Shown here: in pieces, positions 1 to 9,148 of the stretch
How positions within the stretch are numbered: position 1 is the first letter of the stretch
Layout: each line of letters starts with the position of its first letter
Assembly (NCBI GenBank): GCA_048941015.1
Contig: JBHLNZ010000021.1
Location: 1 to 47,578, forward strand
Reading direction: 5' to 3'
Origin: Promethearchaeota archaeon
GTDB lineage: Archaea; Asgardarchaeota; Lokiarchaeia; Sigyniarchaeales; SOKP01
DNA: 47,578 bases
Notes under the pieces: model-generated
The model's input: the letters and a program-made list of their open reading frames with translations, nothing else
Databases searched by the model: none
Told to the model about the DNA's origin: nothing
Translations under genes and position numbers: made by a program

Positions 1-852
1 CTCTCCTTCAGGATGATCTCTTGAAATGTCAAAACAATCTTCTTGTGATCTTGGGATATCATCTGATAGTTTCACTAAAAATCCAAACTCATCTGAATTC
101 GGAATCTTCATAAAGTAACCAATTTTTGCTTTTCTTGAGAAATCTATATCATCAGGTCTTATAGCAAGTTTATATATATCATCGACATCAATTTTAAAAG
201 CCACATAATTTTCTCCTTTTAGTATTCTATTTTCAGGAATAATTCGAAAATAAGATAAAGGTTTTGGATTAGTTTTAGTCGGAACCAAAACTGTTCCAGG
301 ATTAGAAGCGCCTCCACTAATAATACAAGCCAAGGACCATCCATTAACTTTTAAATTTGGTTTATATAACACACAATCATCTAAAAATTCAATTCCACAA
401 TAACTTATTCCTGTTTTATAGGGTTCTTTTATTAAGGTGAATTGACGGGTGATTTCTCCTTGATAAAATTCTTTTTTCATTTTATTTTCAATAGTGAGAG
501 GTGTAGAAACAGTACATGATGTTTGAGAATCTCCTAGAAATTCATAATATGCAGGATCTAAACCTGATGGACAAAACCATCCTTCGAATGTAGATGGTTT
601 TTCATAAAAATACTCTCTTTCTGGGCTTATCCAGTATCGATCTCCGCCAATGTCTCTCTTATTGATTTTAATCGATTCTTTAATTTCTGGATTTATCCAT
701 AATAAACTTATGGAGTCATTTTTCGGGAATATTCCTAGAGGACGCCCCCCATATCGAGATATTATAATAGAGCTTTCATCATCATTCAATTCCATAAAGG
801 GGGTTAAATCTACTATTGATTTTACAAGAGCTTTTTTAGTGAAGTAATTCAT
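1..852 (-). CDS. Hypothetical protein, possibly DUF6786-like; 3' end runs off the window
   Basis: Manually translated open frame from ATG at 852 (MNYFTKKALVKSIVDL...YGGRPLG...GGDRYWISPERE...GWFCPSGLDP...) with no stop for 284 codons; absent from the ORF track; the GGDRxWxxPE motif recalls DUF6786. Confidence 0.75.
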   Translation of the reverse strand, partial: MNYFTKKALVKSIVDLTPFMELNDDESSIIISRYGGRPLGIFPKNDSISLLWINPEIKESIKINKRDIGGDRYWISPEREYFYEKPSTFEGWFCPSGLDPAYYEFLGDSQTSCTVSTPLTIENKMKKEFYQGEITRQFTLIKEPYKTGISYCGIEFLDDCVLYKPNLKVNGWSLACIISGGASNPGTVLVPTKTNPKPLSYFRIIPENRILKGENYVAFKIDVDDIYKLAIRPDDIDFSRKAKIGYFMKIPNSDEFGFLVKLSDDIPRSQEDCFDISRDHPEGE

Positions 853-1091
853 ACGGGATAGTAAGAATATACTGATTAAAAACTTAAGTTAAAAAAAAAG
901 AAAAAAATAAATATTTAAGGAAGATAATCATCATCCTCCTTCATCATCATCCTTATAGATTATAAATTCTGGTTGAAATCTTGAAAACTATAAAGCTTTA
1001 AAAGTTGAAGAAAATATTTTAGATCCTATAATACTATAAATTAAAAGAAGTATTACAAAAAATTTTATAAAGTTAGAAACGAGGGATTTAA

Positions 1092-1460
1092 ATGCCAAAA
1101 ATAATCCATTTTGAAATTAATGCGGATAATATAGATCGTGTTATTAATTTTTATGAAAAAACCTTTAAGTGGAATATCGAAAAATGGAAAGGACCTGTTG
1201 ATTATTGGAATATTGAGGCTGGGAATGAAGACGAACAAGGAATTAATGGAGGTATACAAAAGCGTGAAGAAAAAGGCGATCAAATTTTTAATTATATCGG
1301 GGTTTCATCAGTTGACAAATACGCCAAAGAAATCGAAAAAAATGGTGGAAAATTGGTTTCACCAAAAATATCTGTTCCAGGAGTAGGATATTTTTATATG
1401 TTCAAAGATACGGAAGGTAATAAACTAGGTATTATGCAAGAAGATGAAAATGCTAAATAA
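1092..1460 (+). CDS. VOC/glyoxalase family protein
   Basis: IIHFEINAD...FYEKTFKW...INGGI...GGKLV.PK..VPGVGYF.MFKDTEGN; GAGGG RBS-like site upstream. Confidence 0.9.
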   Translation: MPKIIHFEINADNIDRVINFYEKTFKWNIEKWKGPVDYWNIEAGNEDEQGINGGIQKREEKGDQIFNYIGVSSVDKYAKEIEKNGGKLVSPKISVPGVGYFYMFKDTEGNKLGIMQEDENAK

Positions 1461-1484
1461 TTAATTTACTTTTTTTTTAAAATA

Positions 1485-2918
1485 TTATTGTTCATAGTCT
1501 TTAAAATTATCATTTCTTTCTTTAAGAAGAGCAATCCATTCTTTTACGCTCTTAATATCGCCCCAAGGCTCTAATTCTTGTTCTTGTTGGGGATCTTTTA
1601 TACCGATTCGATTACAAGTATCTGAGACAAACTTTTCAAGATCCTCTTCTAATTCATTAACTATTTCAGGGAATTTATCTACCAGATTTTCTAGTTCATT
1701 TGGATCCTTCTCTAAATCATAGAGTTCTTTCTCTTCTGGGGTTTCTAAAGCAATTGAAATATAACCTAGAGCCTGTAATCTTGAACCAAGCTCATTACTT
1801 TCACTTTCTCTTGCATTTTTAATAAATTTCCACTTTGATGTTCTTACTCCGCGTCGTGAAATCGCCTCATGTTCAAACATATATACTTTATCTCTATGAA
1901 AATCTTGTTCGTTTTTTAAAATTGGTAAAAAAGATTCTCCATCTAAATAGTCAGGTATTTCAATATTAAATAATTCTAAAATAGTAGGTGCTAAATCTAC
2001 GGATCCAATTAATGCTTGCTTTCGAATGTTTGTTTGAAATTGGTTTGGATATCTGAAGATCAATGGCACATGCATCATCTGTTCATAAAGATGAACATGT
2101 GTAAAGTAAATTCCATGTTCATCCATAGATTCTCCATGATCCGCTGTAAATATAATAATAGTATCATCTAACAGCTTAGATTCTTCTAGGAAATCAAGCA
2201 ATCTACCAATCTCATTATCCATAAATTTAATTTCACTATCATAGAGGGCTTTAAAATAATTTAAGTCCTTAATTCCTTGCCATCTTCTTTGGAATGCTTT
2301 GAAAATGAAATCAAATTTCTCTGGAGGGATATCTTGCATTCTAGGAAATTCTGATTTAGTGGGATTCTTCGGATTATCTTGATAATATAAATTTTCATAC
2401 TCCTTAGGGGGTGAATATGGTACATGGGGGTCCCAGTAGTGGAGCATCATAAAAAACGATGCTTGATCTTTGTTCGATTTAATCCAGTTTATAGCTTTAT
2501 CGGTGATTTGATCGGCATCAACTACAAATGTATTCCTTAATGAACCCTCATCCGCGGAGAATATATAATCTTGAAATCCTTTAACAAACCATCTATACAT
2601 ATTATCTATTGCAACTGTTTTAACACCATTTTCTCTTAAAATTTCAGGAAACATCACTACACCGTCAATAATCTCATGAAGAGATGCGTGTGATATAATA
2701 GTGTGTGATATTGGATATCTTCCTGATAAGATAGTTGTGAATGATGGATGTGTACAATTTATATGAGTAAAATAATTATCGAATGAAATTCCTTCGCTAG
2801 CTAATTTATCAATATTAGGACTAGGTGTGTTTTTATTATCTGAATAAGGTGGCTCATATCCATTACAACCAAGATTTTGGTACCTAAGAGTATCGGCAAT
2901 GATTAAAATAATATTCAT
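1485..2918 (-). CDS. Sulfatase-like hydrolase (alkaline phosphatase superfamily)
   Basis: NIILIIADTLR, HYWDPHVPY, FTADHGE, LYEQMMHVPLI, ELYDLEKDPNELENL; the nucleophile motif is T-H-P-S-F rather than C/S-x-P-x-R. Confidence 0.85.
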   Translation of the reverse strand: MNIILIIADTLRYQNLGCNGYEPPYSDNKNTPSPNIDKLASEGISFDNYFTHINCTHPSFTTILSGRYPISHTIISHASLHEIIDGVVMFPEILRENGVKTVAIDNMYRWFVKGFQDYIFSADEGSLRNTFVVDADQITDKAINWIKSNKDQASFFMMLHYWDPHVPYSPPKEYENLYYQDNPKNPTKSEFPRMQDIPPEKFDFIFKAFQRRWQGIKDLNYFKALYDSEIKFMDNEIGRLLDFLEESKLLDDTIIIFTADHGESMDEHGIYFTHVHLYEQMMHVPLIFRYPNQFQTNIRKQALIGSVDLAPTILELFNIEIPDYLDGESFLPILKNEQDFHRDKVYMFEHEAISRRGVRTSKWKFIKNARESESNELGSRLQALGYISIALETPEEKELYDLEKDPNELENLVDKFPEIVNELEEDLEKFVSDTCNRIGIKDPQQEQELEPWGDIKSVKEWIALLKERNDNFKDYEQ

Positions 2919-3060
2919 ATTAATATCATATTTTAGTTATTCTAATGTAGAATTACCAGAAAATAAGGTAAGTTTTACTTATTATATGAGTCAAATTGTA
3001 AATATTAAAATTAAAATTCATTAATTAATTTTATTTTATAATATTTTAAGCCGAAAATTT

Positions 3061-4395
3061 ATGATTAACTTAGAAAATAGTGACAGAAAAGTTTTAATTT
3101 TAGGAATAGATGGAGTTCCCTATTCCTTCATTAAACAATTAATAAAGGAAAATAAATTACCTAATTTTAAGAAACTATTTGAAACTGGATCTGCAAGTCC
3201 CTTAAAATCCATATTACCTACTGTTTCAGGAGTAGCATGGACAGCTATTTTTACAGGTGTGAATCCCGCGAAATTTGATGTATTTGGATTTTTAGACCTA
3301 AAAAAAGATTACACTCCCTTTATTCCAACCTCAACTAATTTAAAATCTGATAATATTTTAGACTTCCTTAGTCAAAAAGGTAAACGTGTTATTTCGCTCG
3401 GAGTGCCAATGACCTATCCTCCGAAAGAAGTGAATGGTATATGTGTAGGTGGCTTCTTGACTCCAAGTTTAGAAAAGGGAATTTATCCTAAAGAAATGAT
3501 GTCACTCTTCAAAGAAGAAAAATATATCGTTGATATAAATCCAATGAAAGCACGTGAATCTCTAGAGTTTTTTATGGAAGAATTGTCTCGTGTTTTTGAG
3601 GGTAGAAAGAATACCATGTTAAGATTAATGAAGGAAAAACATTGGGATTTCTTTATAACCCACTTCATTGATACAGACAGAATTAATCATTTCCTTTGGC
3701 ATTACTATGAAAATGGATCTTCAAAATATAAGGATTTTTTCCTTGAATTTTATCAAAAAATTGATGCTTTACTTGGAACAATCTTGGATGTTATTGATGA
3801 AAATACAACTCTCATCGTTCTCTCTGATCATGGTTTCTGCAAAACAAAAAAAGAGATCCAATTAAATTTTTGGTTGAAAGAAAATGGATATTTGAAATTC
3901 ATAAATGAAAATCCGAAATCTTTCAAAGATATCCATGAGGCTTCACTCGCATTTTCTCTCACACCTGGAAGAATTTATATTCATACTAAAAAATGGAAGA
4001 ATGGTAAAGTTCTTGAAAATGAAAGCAAGGGTATTATAAACGAGATTATTGATAAATTAAGTTCAATACAGAATCCTGAAAATAATGAAAAAATCTTCAA
4101 TAATGTTTATAAAAAAGATGAGATATATTCTGGAAAATATATTGACGATGCACCCGAGATTACAATTCTTCCTAATGATGGGTATGAATTAAAAGCAAAG
4201 CTTGACGCTAAAAGTTTATTCAATCCACCCGATATGGCAGGAATTCACACTTATGAAGATGCTATGATTGCATTCAATGAAAAATTTGATATTAAATCTG
4301 AAATCTCAGTTTTAGATGTTTATCCTACAATTTTAGAAATATTAGGTTTAGAAGGTCCTGACAATCTAGATGGTTCCTCAATTATTAACAAATAA
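3061..4395 (+). CDS. Type I phosphodiesterase / nucleotide pyrophosphatase family protein
   Basis: LILGIDG, PTVSGVAWTAIFTGVNP, TDRINH, VLSDHGF, GIH, DVYPTIL. Confidence 0.85.
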   Translation: MINLENSDRKVLILGIDGVPYSFIKQLIKENKLPNFKKLFETGSASPLKSILPTVSGVAWTAIFTGVNPAKFDVFGFLDLKKDYTPFIPTSTNLKSDNILDFLSQKGKRVISLGVPMTYPPKEVNGICVGGFLTPSLEKGIYPKEMMSLFKEEKYIVDINPMKARESLEFFMEELSRVFEGRKNTMLRLMKEKHWDFFITHFIDTDRINHFLWHYYENGSSKYKDFFLEFYQKIDALLGTILDVIDENTTLIVLSDHGFCKTKKEIQLNFWLKENGYLKFINENPKSFKDIHEASLAFSLTPGRIYIHTKKWKNGKVLENESKGIINEIIDKLSSIQNPENNEKIFNNVYKKDEIYSGKYIDDAPEITILPNDGYELKAKLDAKSLFNPPDMAGIHTYEDAMIAFNEKFDIKSEISVLDVYPTILEILGLEGPDNLDGSSIINK

Positions 4396-4405
4396 TGGAA
4401 CTTTA

Positions 4406-4678
4406 TTAACCCCATTCACTTCTATATCCTTTTCCTCCCATTGGCCAGTTAAAAGCTATAGCTTTGGGTTCACAAACATACCAGCATGCTGCACATTCCA
4501 TACAATAATTTAAAGATTTGATTCTAGCTTTCTTTTCAAAAATTTCAAAACAATTAGCTAAACAAACATTAATACAATTTGCACAACCAGTACATTTATC
4601 GAGACTAATTGTAATAAATTGTTCTGTATCCTCACTCCATTCAACGCCTGGAAACTCTTCTGATTTTCTAATTATAAT
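4406..4678 (-). CDS. FixX-like 2x[4Fe-4S] ferredoxin (about 90 aa) with no ATG/GTG/TTG start
   Basis: Manual translation IIIRKSEEFPGVEWSEDTEQFITISLDKCTGCANCINVCLANCFEIFEKKARIKSLNYCMECAACWYVCEPKAIAFNWPMGGKGYRSEWG*; two CxxCxxCxxxC motifs and a FixX-like W-P-x-G-G-x-G tail; same frame as the upstream gene, directly after its TGA. Confidence 0.85.
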   Translation of the reverse strand: MIIRKSEEFPGVEWSEDTEQFITISLDKCTGCANCINVCLANCFEIFEKKARIKSLNYCMECAACWYVCEPKAIAFNWPMGGKGYRSEWG

Positions 4679-6346
4679 TCACCTTATTTTTTCAATAAAT
4701 ATAGTAGGATCTGCCTTATCAACAAATTTAATTATTTTCTTGCTTATATTATTAGCCCACGGTTCTATAAGCTTAATCAAAAGAATATATATGGGTTCAA
4801 TTATTTTTAATAAGTTTTTCATGAAGGTGTTGGCAGATCTAGAAAAGGGATATAATAACCATCTATATAATCTCTCAATCCTATATAAAAGCTTTACAAT
4901 TGAATTTAACGAAAAGATGGAAAAAGAAAAAAGACATTGTTTAAATTTTGGCCTTTTAATTGATTCTTGTTTGGGAAATACTTTTTCAGAATAATCATAA
5001 TTTTCATGTAACCAGTTTTGATAATAACGGAAATACATTTTAATCCATTTACTCAATATTAATGGTTCTTTTTTTACATACTCAAGAAGAATTTTTAAAA
5101 AGGGAGTAGTAAATTGAGTGAGAGAACCTAATCCCCACCCAGCATGAATAGATCTTCTAAGTTTTTTTTCATCATGGTCTTTTTGAGCAATTCTTAAGTT
5201 GTACCGGTTTTTAGCTGTAATTGACCATTGAATAATCGGGTGCGATTTGATTTTTCTATTATATCTTTTAAGAAACTCTGATGATGTATTATTTGAACTT
5301 ATTGCTTGAATAGCTATTTTAGCTGCTATTTCGGCTGAAAACCAAGCTGCTGGAACACCATCACATAATTCAGTACTTTCAAGACCTGCAGCATCCCCTA
5401 TTAATATCATTCCATCGGTAAAATTAGGCATATTACGTAATTTTTTATCTAAACCCACATAAATCTCAAAACCTTCCCACATCCGAGCTCTTAATTTGAT
5501 AAAGGGTTCTACTTGTTCTCTCCACCAAGATAGATTAGAAGTAATATTTTTATGATACATATCAAACAATCTTTTTAAATTAGGAACTTTCTCTCCTATT
5601 TTTAGACATTGATCTTGCATGAAATGTAAACTATTTCGATAAGGCCAAACCATTAATCCATTACCAAACCCTAAAGGTGGTGCAATTTTTTGCTCATCCC
5701 AACCCCAACACATTTTTACTGAATACCCAAAAACCTGATCAATAATCTTTTTGGGCATTTCATAGTCATATGTATCAGCTAATGAAATTGCTTCCGGAGG
5801 ATATTTCTCTCTAACACCGGCTTTAATTGCTAGCAAACCCTGTGAACCTTCTGCATCAATTACAATCTTCGAATGTAGCTCTTCACCTTTATCTGTTATG
5901 ACCCCTTTAACAAATCCACCTTCTTTTATTACATCTGTAACTGTTGTTGAAGTTCTTAACTCTACACCCGCTTCACATGCTTTTTTAACTAGCCATTCAC
6001 AAAAGGGTTTACAATATGAATGATATCCAAAAGCAATTATAGGAGATAATGGTTTTGGAATCTTTAGAGAATCATCTATATCTATTTCATTTTTATCAAT
6101 GTCTTTTATAATATAATTCACAATACCATCAGCAGGTCTTTCAAAAGGGGGATTTCCATCTCTTATAAAATCTGGACCGAATAAGAATCCATAGAAAGGA
6201 ATTGTGAGACCGGAAATAACTTTTTCTCCAACATTTTCGGATCTTTCAATCATTAAAGTTTTTAATCCAGCATCACTGCAAATCTTCGCAGCAACAGGAC
6301 CCCCAAAACCTGCTCCAATAACAATTATATCGTATTTAGATAGCAC
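4679..6346 (-). CDS. FixC/geranylgeranyl-reductase-family FAD-dependent oxidoreductase with an amphipathic C-terminal extension
   Basis: YDIIVIGAGFGG, ERSENVGEK.ISG, VIDAEG, ILIGDAAG; followed by a FixX-like ferredoxin. Confidence 0.8.
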   Translation of the reverse strand: MLSKYDIIVIGAGFGGPVAAKICSDAGLKTLMIERSENVGEKVISGLTIPFYGFLFGPDFIRDGNPPFERPADGIVNYIIKDIDKNEIDIDDSLKIPKPLSPIIAFGYHSYCKPFCEWLVKKACEAGVELRTSTTVTDVIKEGGFVKGVITDKGEELHSKIVIDAEGSQGLLAIKAGVREKYPPEAISLADTYDYEMPKKIIDQVFGYSVKMCWGWDEQKIAPPLGFGNGLMVWPYRNSLHFMQDQCLKIGEKVPNLKRLFDMYHKNITSNLSWWREQVEPFIKLRARMWEGFEIYVGLDKKLRNMPNFTDGMILIGDAAGLESTELCDGVPAAWFSAEIAAKIAIQAISSNNTSSEFLKRYNRKIKSHPIIQWSITAKNRYNLRIAQKDHDEKKLRRSIHAGWGLGSLTQFTTPFLKILLEYVKKEPLILSKWIKMYFRYYQNWLHENYDYSEKVFPKQESIKRPKFKQCLFSFSIFSLNSIVKLLYRIERLYRWLLYPFSRSANTFMKNLLKIIEPIYILLIKLIEPWANNISKKIIKFVDKADPTIFIEKIR

Positions 6347-6465
6347 AAGAATATCTCGTAAAAATTATAATAAATATTATAATATCTCTTTATAACTTAT
6401 TAAAATTTTAAAATTATTAAATTCTTGAATTTAAAGACTAAGAATCAAAAAATAATGTGAATATT

Positions 6466-7212
6466 CTACTTTTCAAATCCAACTTTAATTGACAGAGAGA
6501 TACTTTCGTCGAAAGCCTGCCCTTCTACGAAACATTTACAAGTCAATTCTTTAGAATTAAAAAGTTCAGTAAAATAACCCAGCCAATATCTTGAATACCT
6601 TTTATCTTGTCTATGTCTAAAAAGTAAATGATATTCATCTTCAGTTTCTTGAGATACGTCAATTGCATAAAAATAATTAGCAACAATCCATATAGTTTTA
6701 ATCGTATTTATAATTTCTTCAATAGTTAGATTCTTTAAAGGCTTCTGGTTGTACCACATAATAATATCAAAAGCAACATTGCTTTTATGAGGCATATCAA
6801 TTGCTTTAGCTGGAGATTCGGCAGCAGCGATAAGTTGATTAAAGGTGGTTTTACCAATGAGCATCATCTTCATCTCTTCTCTCATCCTAATAAAAAGATC
6901 GCGATGCAATTCTTTTTGATCACCATAAAATTTAACTGCTTTTTGTAAGAAAGAAACAACAGATTCGTTATCATCCTTGAATTTATTTATGAAAGCGTGA
7001 ACTTCAGGAGACATTGATTCATAATCATCATACATTTTAATCGCAATTGAAATTAGATTTGAAATTGTCATACCTTTCTCTTCTTTATATTTATCTATAA
7101 TATTTCTCGTTTCTTCTGATACTTTTACAAATAAACTTAATTTTTCTTCAGTTTTTTCATCTGAAGAAGTATCATTCTTTGCTTGATCGGCTTCTTTTGC
7201 CAAGCTATTCAC
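6466..7212 (-). CDS. Putative transcription regulator with an N-terminal ribbon-helix-helix-like domain and a V4R-like C-terminal domain
   Basis: LSLFVKVSEETRNIIDKYKEEKGMTISNLISIAIKMY fits the RHH pattern; GAGGTGA suggests the real start is the TTG at about 7203. Confidence 0.5.
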   Translation of the reverse strand: MNSLAKEADQAKNDTSSDEKTEEKLSLFVKVSEETRNIIDKYKEEKGMTISNLISIAIKMYDDYESMSPEVHAFINKFKDDNESVVSFLQKAVKFYGDQKELHRDLFIRMREEMKMMLIGKTTFNQLIAAAESPAKAIDMPHKSNVAFDIIMWYNQKPLKNLTIEEIINTIKTIWIVANYFYAIDVSQETEDEYHLLFRHRQDKRYSRYWLGYFTELFNSKELTCKCFVEGQAFDESISLSIKVGFEK

Positions 7213-7390
7213 CTCGATCCTACTTTTTAAACATTAAAAAAAAAAATCTTTATCTAATAAAATATAATCCTCAATTGAATATATATACTTTTATATTTTA
7301 AATTTTAATTCTTATAAAAAATTAACATTTCAAAAGACAAGATTGCCGTTTAAAAAATATATTTAAATATACAATTTTTTAATTAATTAA

Positions 7391-7420
7391 GTATATATTC
7401 ATATATATTCTATATATTTC
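7391..7420. repeat. Three tandem TATATATT(T)C units, with an inverted copy GAATATATATAC at 7277-7288
   Basis: gtatatattc atatatattc tatatatttc read directly in the divergent intergenic region. Confidence 0.45.
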
Positions 7421-7566
7421 TTAAACCTTAATATCAGAAGATTAAAACAATTTTGAAGTCAATACGAAAGCTTTAAATATTTACCTATACATAAATATAT
7501 TAGAAGATTATTGGATATATAATTAAATATACTTAAATATATAAAAACAGAAAAAGGAGTCAAAAA

Positions 7567-7977
7567 ATGGAAGGTAGAAATGCAAGCTCAGGATTACTAA
7601 TTTGTATCTTGGTTTTTTTGGGTGCGGGTTTATTTATGACTCTTGGTTTTAATGCTGACTTTTTCTTCTTCGCCCCTTTTTTTCCCGCGATTTTTATATT
7701 TATTATATGTATTATTGCAATTGGTGCCGCATCAAGCAACCGTTCAAGGCAGCGAAGAAATGATCCATATCGATATTCATATTATTATCAAAATCGGAAT
7801 TTACAACAGCAAACTCCAGTAGAAAATCCCTATAAAGTTAAACCAATTGAAATAATCGATGAATCTCCTAAAATAGAAGAAGAAAAAACTATGGAGGTTC
7901 AATTTTGTATGTATTGTGGAGTTAAAATCGATAGAGATGCAGCATATTGCCATCAATGTGGAACAAAATTGAAATAA
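7567..7977 (+). CDS. Two-TM membrane protein with a C-terminal zinc ribbon
   Basis: Two hydrophobic helices, Tyr-rich tail, FCMYCG...YCHQCG; AGGAG RBS. Confidence 0.8.
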   Translation: MEGRNASSGLLICILVFLGAGLFMTLGFNADFFFFAPFFPAIFIFIICIIAIGAASSNRSRQRRNDPYRYSYYYQNRNLQQQTPVENPYKVKPIEIIDESPKIEEEKTMEVQFCMYCGVKIDRDAAYCHQCGTKLK

Positions 7978-8034
7978 TTAAATTATTAATATTTTTGAAT
8001 TAAAATTTAAATATTTGGTGAATATAGAAGAAAA

Positions 8035-8823
8035 ATGAAAAAAAAATGGCAGATTTGTCATAGAATTTTAATAGGTTGTTTATTTATATCGCTATTTTTC
8101 ATAATCACCACCTTTTCCGTTCATTCTAAAACAAATGAACTTGAAAATCAACCAAGAACTTCCAATTCTGGCTGGTCGGGAGGAATTGAGCTTGAGTATA
8201 ACAAATTCTTCGCACCTCATGCAGATGCGTTCAAAAAGATTGATTGGTGGTTCACTAGTTATCCAAATATTTCGTTAATTGTTATGATCCTTGATACGTT
8301 TTACTTTTCCGAATTTTTAACAATAGAAAAAAGTTATGGATTAAATGCTACTGTCTTTGATTTTTACTTTGAAGTTTTTATTGTTGCAAATAGTAGCGAA
8401 AATTCTGGTGAGATAGATCTTTCTTATAATGATCATTGGTATGCCGTCTTTATCAATATCGATGATAATATGAATACATCTCAAGTAGAATTTAGAGTAA
8501 ATTTTGATGTGTATGAGGAAAAATATGTTTACGTGAATCCTATATCAATCATTTACTTGATTTATGGAGTGGGTGTTTCATTAGTTATCATAGCTTTGGT
8601 TATTAGGGCTATTAGAAAGAGAAAAATATTAAACAAACCTATTCCAGTTGTTCCGTATCCTTACATGACTAAAGAGGAGACTATTCCAAAAAATTCTTAT
8701 CTTAAACAAATAGAATTACAGAAAGTAGAGAGTGAACTGCCATTAGCTAAGTATTGTCCATATTGTGGAGAATATCTTGATCGAGACTCTATTTTCTGCC
8801 ATCAATGTGGAAATAAAGTATAA
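8035..8823 (+). CDS. Membrane protein with signal/anchor, external domain, TM helix and cytoplasmic zinc ribbon
   Basis: N-terminal hydrophobic segment, second TM (IIYLIYGVGVSLVIIALVI) followed by RKRK, then YCPYCG...FCHQCG. Confidence 0.8.
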   Translation: MKKKWQICHRILIGCLFISLFFIITTFSVHSKTNELENQPRTSNSGWSGGIELEYNKFFAPHADAFKKIDWWFTSYPNISLIVMILDTFYFSEFLTIEKSYGLNATVFDFYFEVFIVANSSENSGEIDLSYNDHWYAVFINIDDNMNTSQVEFRVNFDVYEEKYVYVNPISIIYLIYGVGVSLVIIALVIRAIRKRKILNKPIPVVPYPYMTKEETIPKNSYLKQIELQKVESELPLAKYCPYCGEYLDRDSIFCHQCGNKV

Positions 8824-8882
8824 TAATTATTATTAAAATTAAAAAGAAAAAGTTCAAAAAGAAAGAAGAAAAGTGAGAGAAA

Positions 8883-9098
8883 GTGGATTTAGACATTGAT
8901 TATGAGAGAAATGGGGCGGAATTCGACGTAGATGCAGATATCGACGTTGATCTCGATGCAGGGGTAGATGTAGATGATAAGTTTGATATGAGTCTAGAAG
9001 CTGAAATTGAAATAGATGTCGATACAGATATAAATATCGATTCTAAAGTCGGGAAGGATTCGCAAGAAATTGTTATTGCCACTACCCCTGCAACTTAA
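8883..9098 (+). pseudogene. Asp-alternating peptide, probably a remnant (or detached loop) of an NfeD-like paralog
   Basis: DxDxD pattern ending in TTPAT*, which matches the TTPAP that follows the Asp-rich loop in 9149..10024; GTG start with an in-frame TGA three codons upstream. Confidence 0.5.
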
Positions 9099-9148
9099 TC
9101 TAAATTTAGAAAATATCAAAATATAATTATAAAAAATGAGGAAAATGT

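Noticed and set aside
650-1386. Short ORFs 650..847, 1065..1283 and 1138..1386
   Set aside because: They overlap better-supported genes in other frames or on the other strand and have no motifs
4679-4681. Selenocysteine decoding of the FixC TGA
   Set aside because: The codon lies in a linker rather than at a conserved Cys position, and the convergent gene ends 10 nt after the ferredoxin stop, leaving no evident 3' SECIS
4518-4994. 158-aa plus-strand ORF
   Set aside because: Antisense to the FixC C-terminus and the FixX ferredoxin, which have clear motifs
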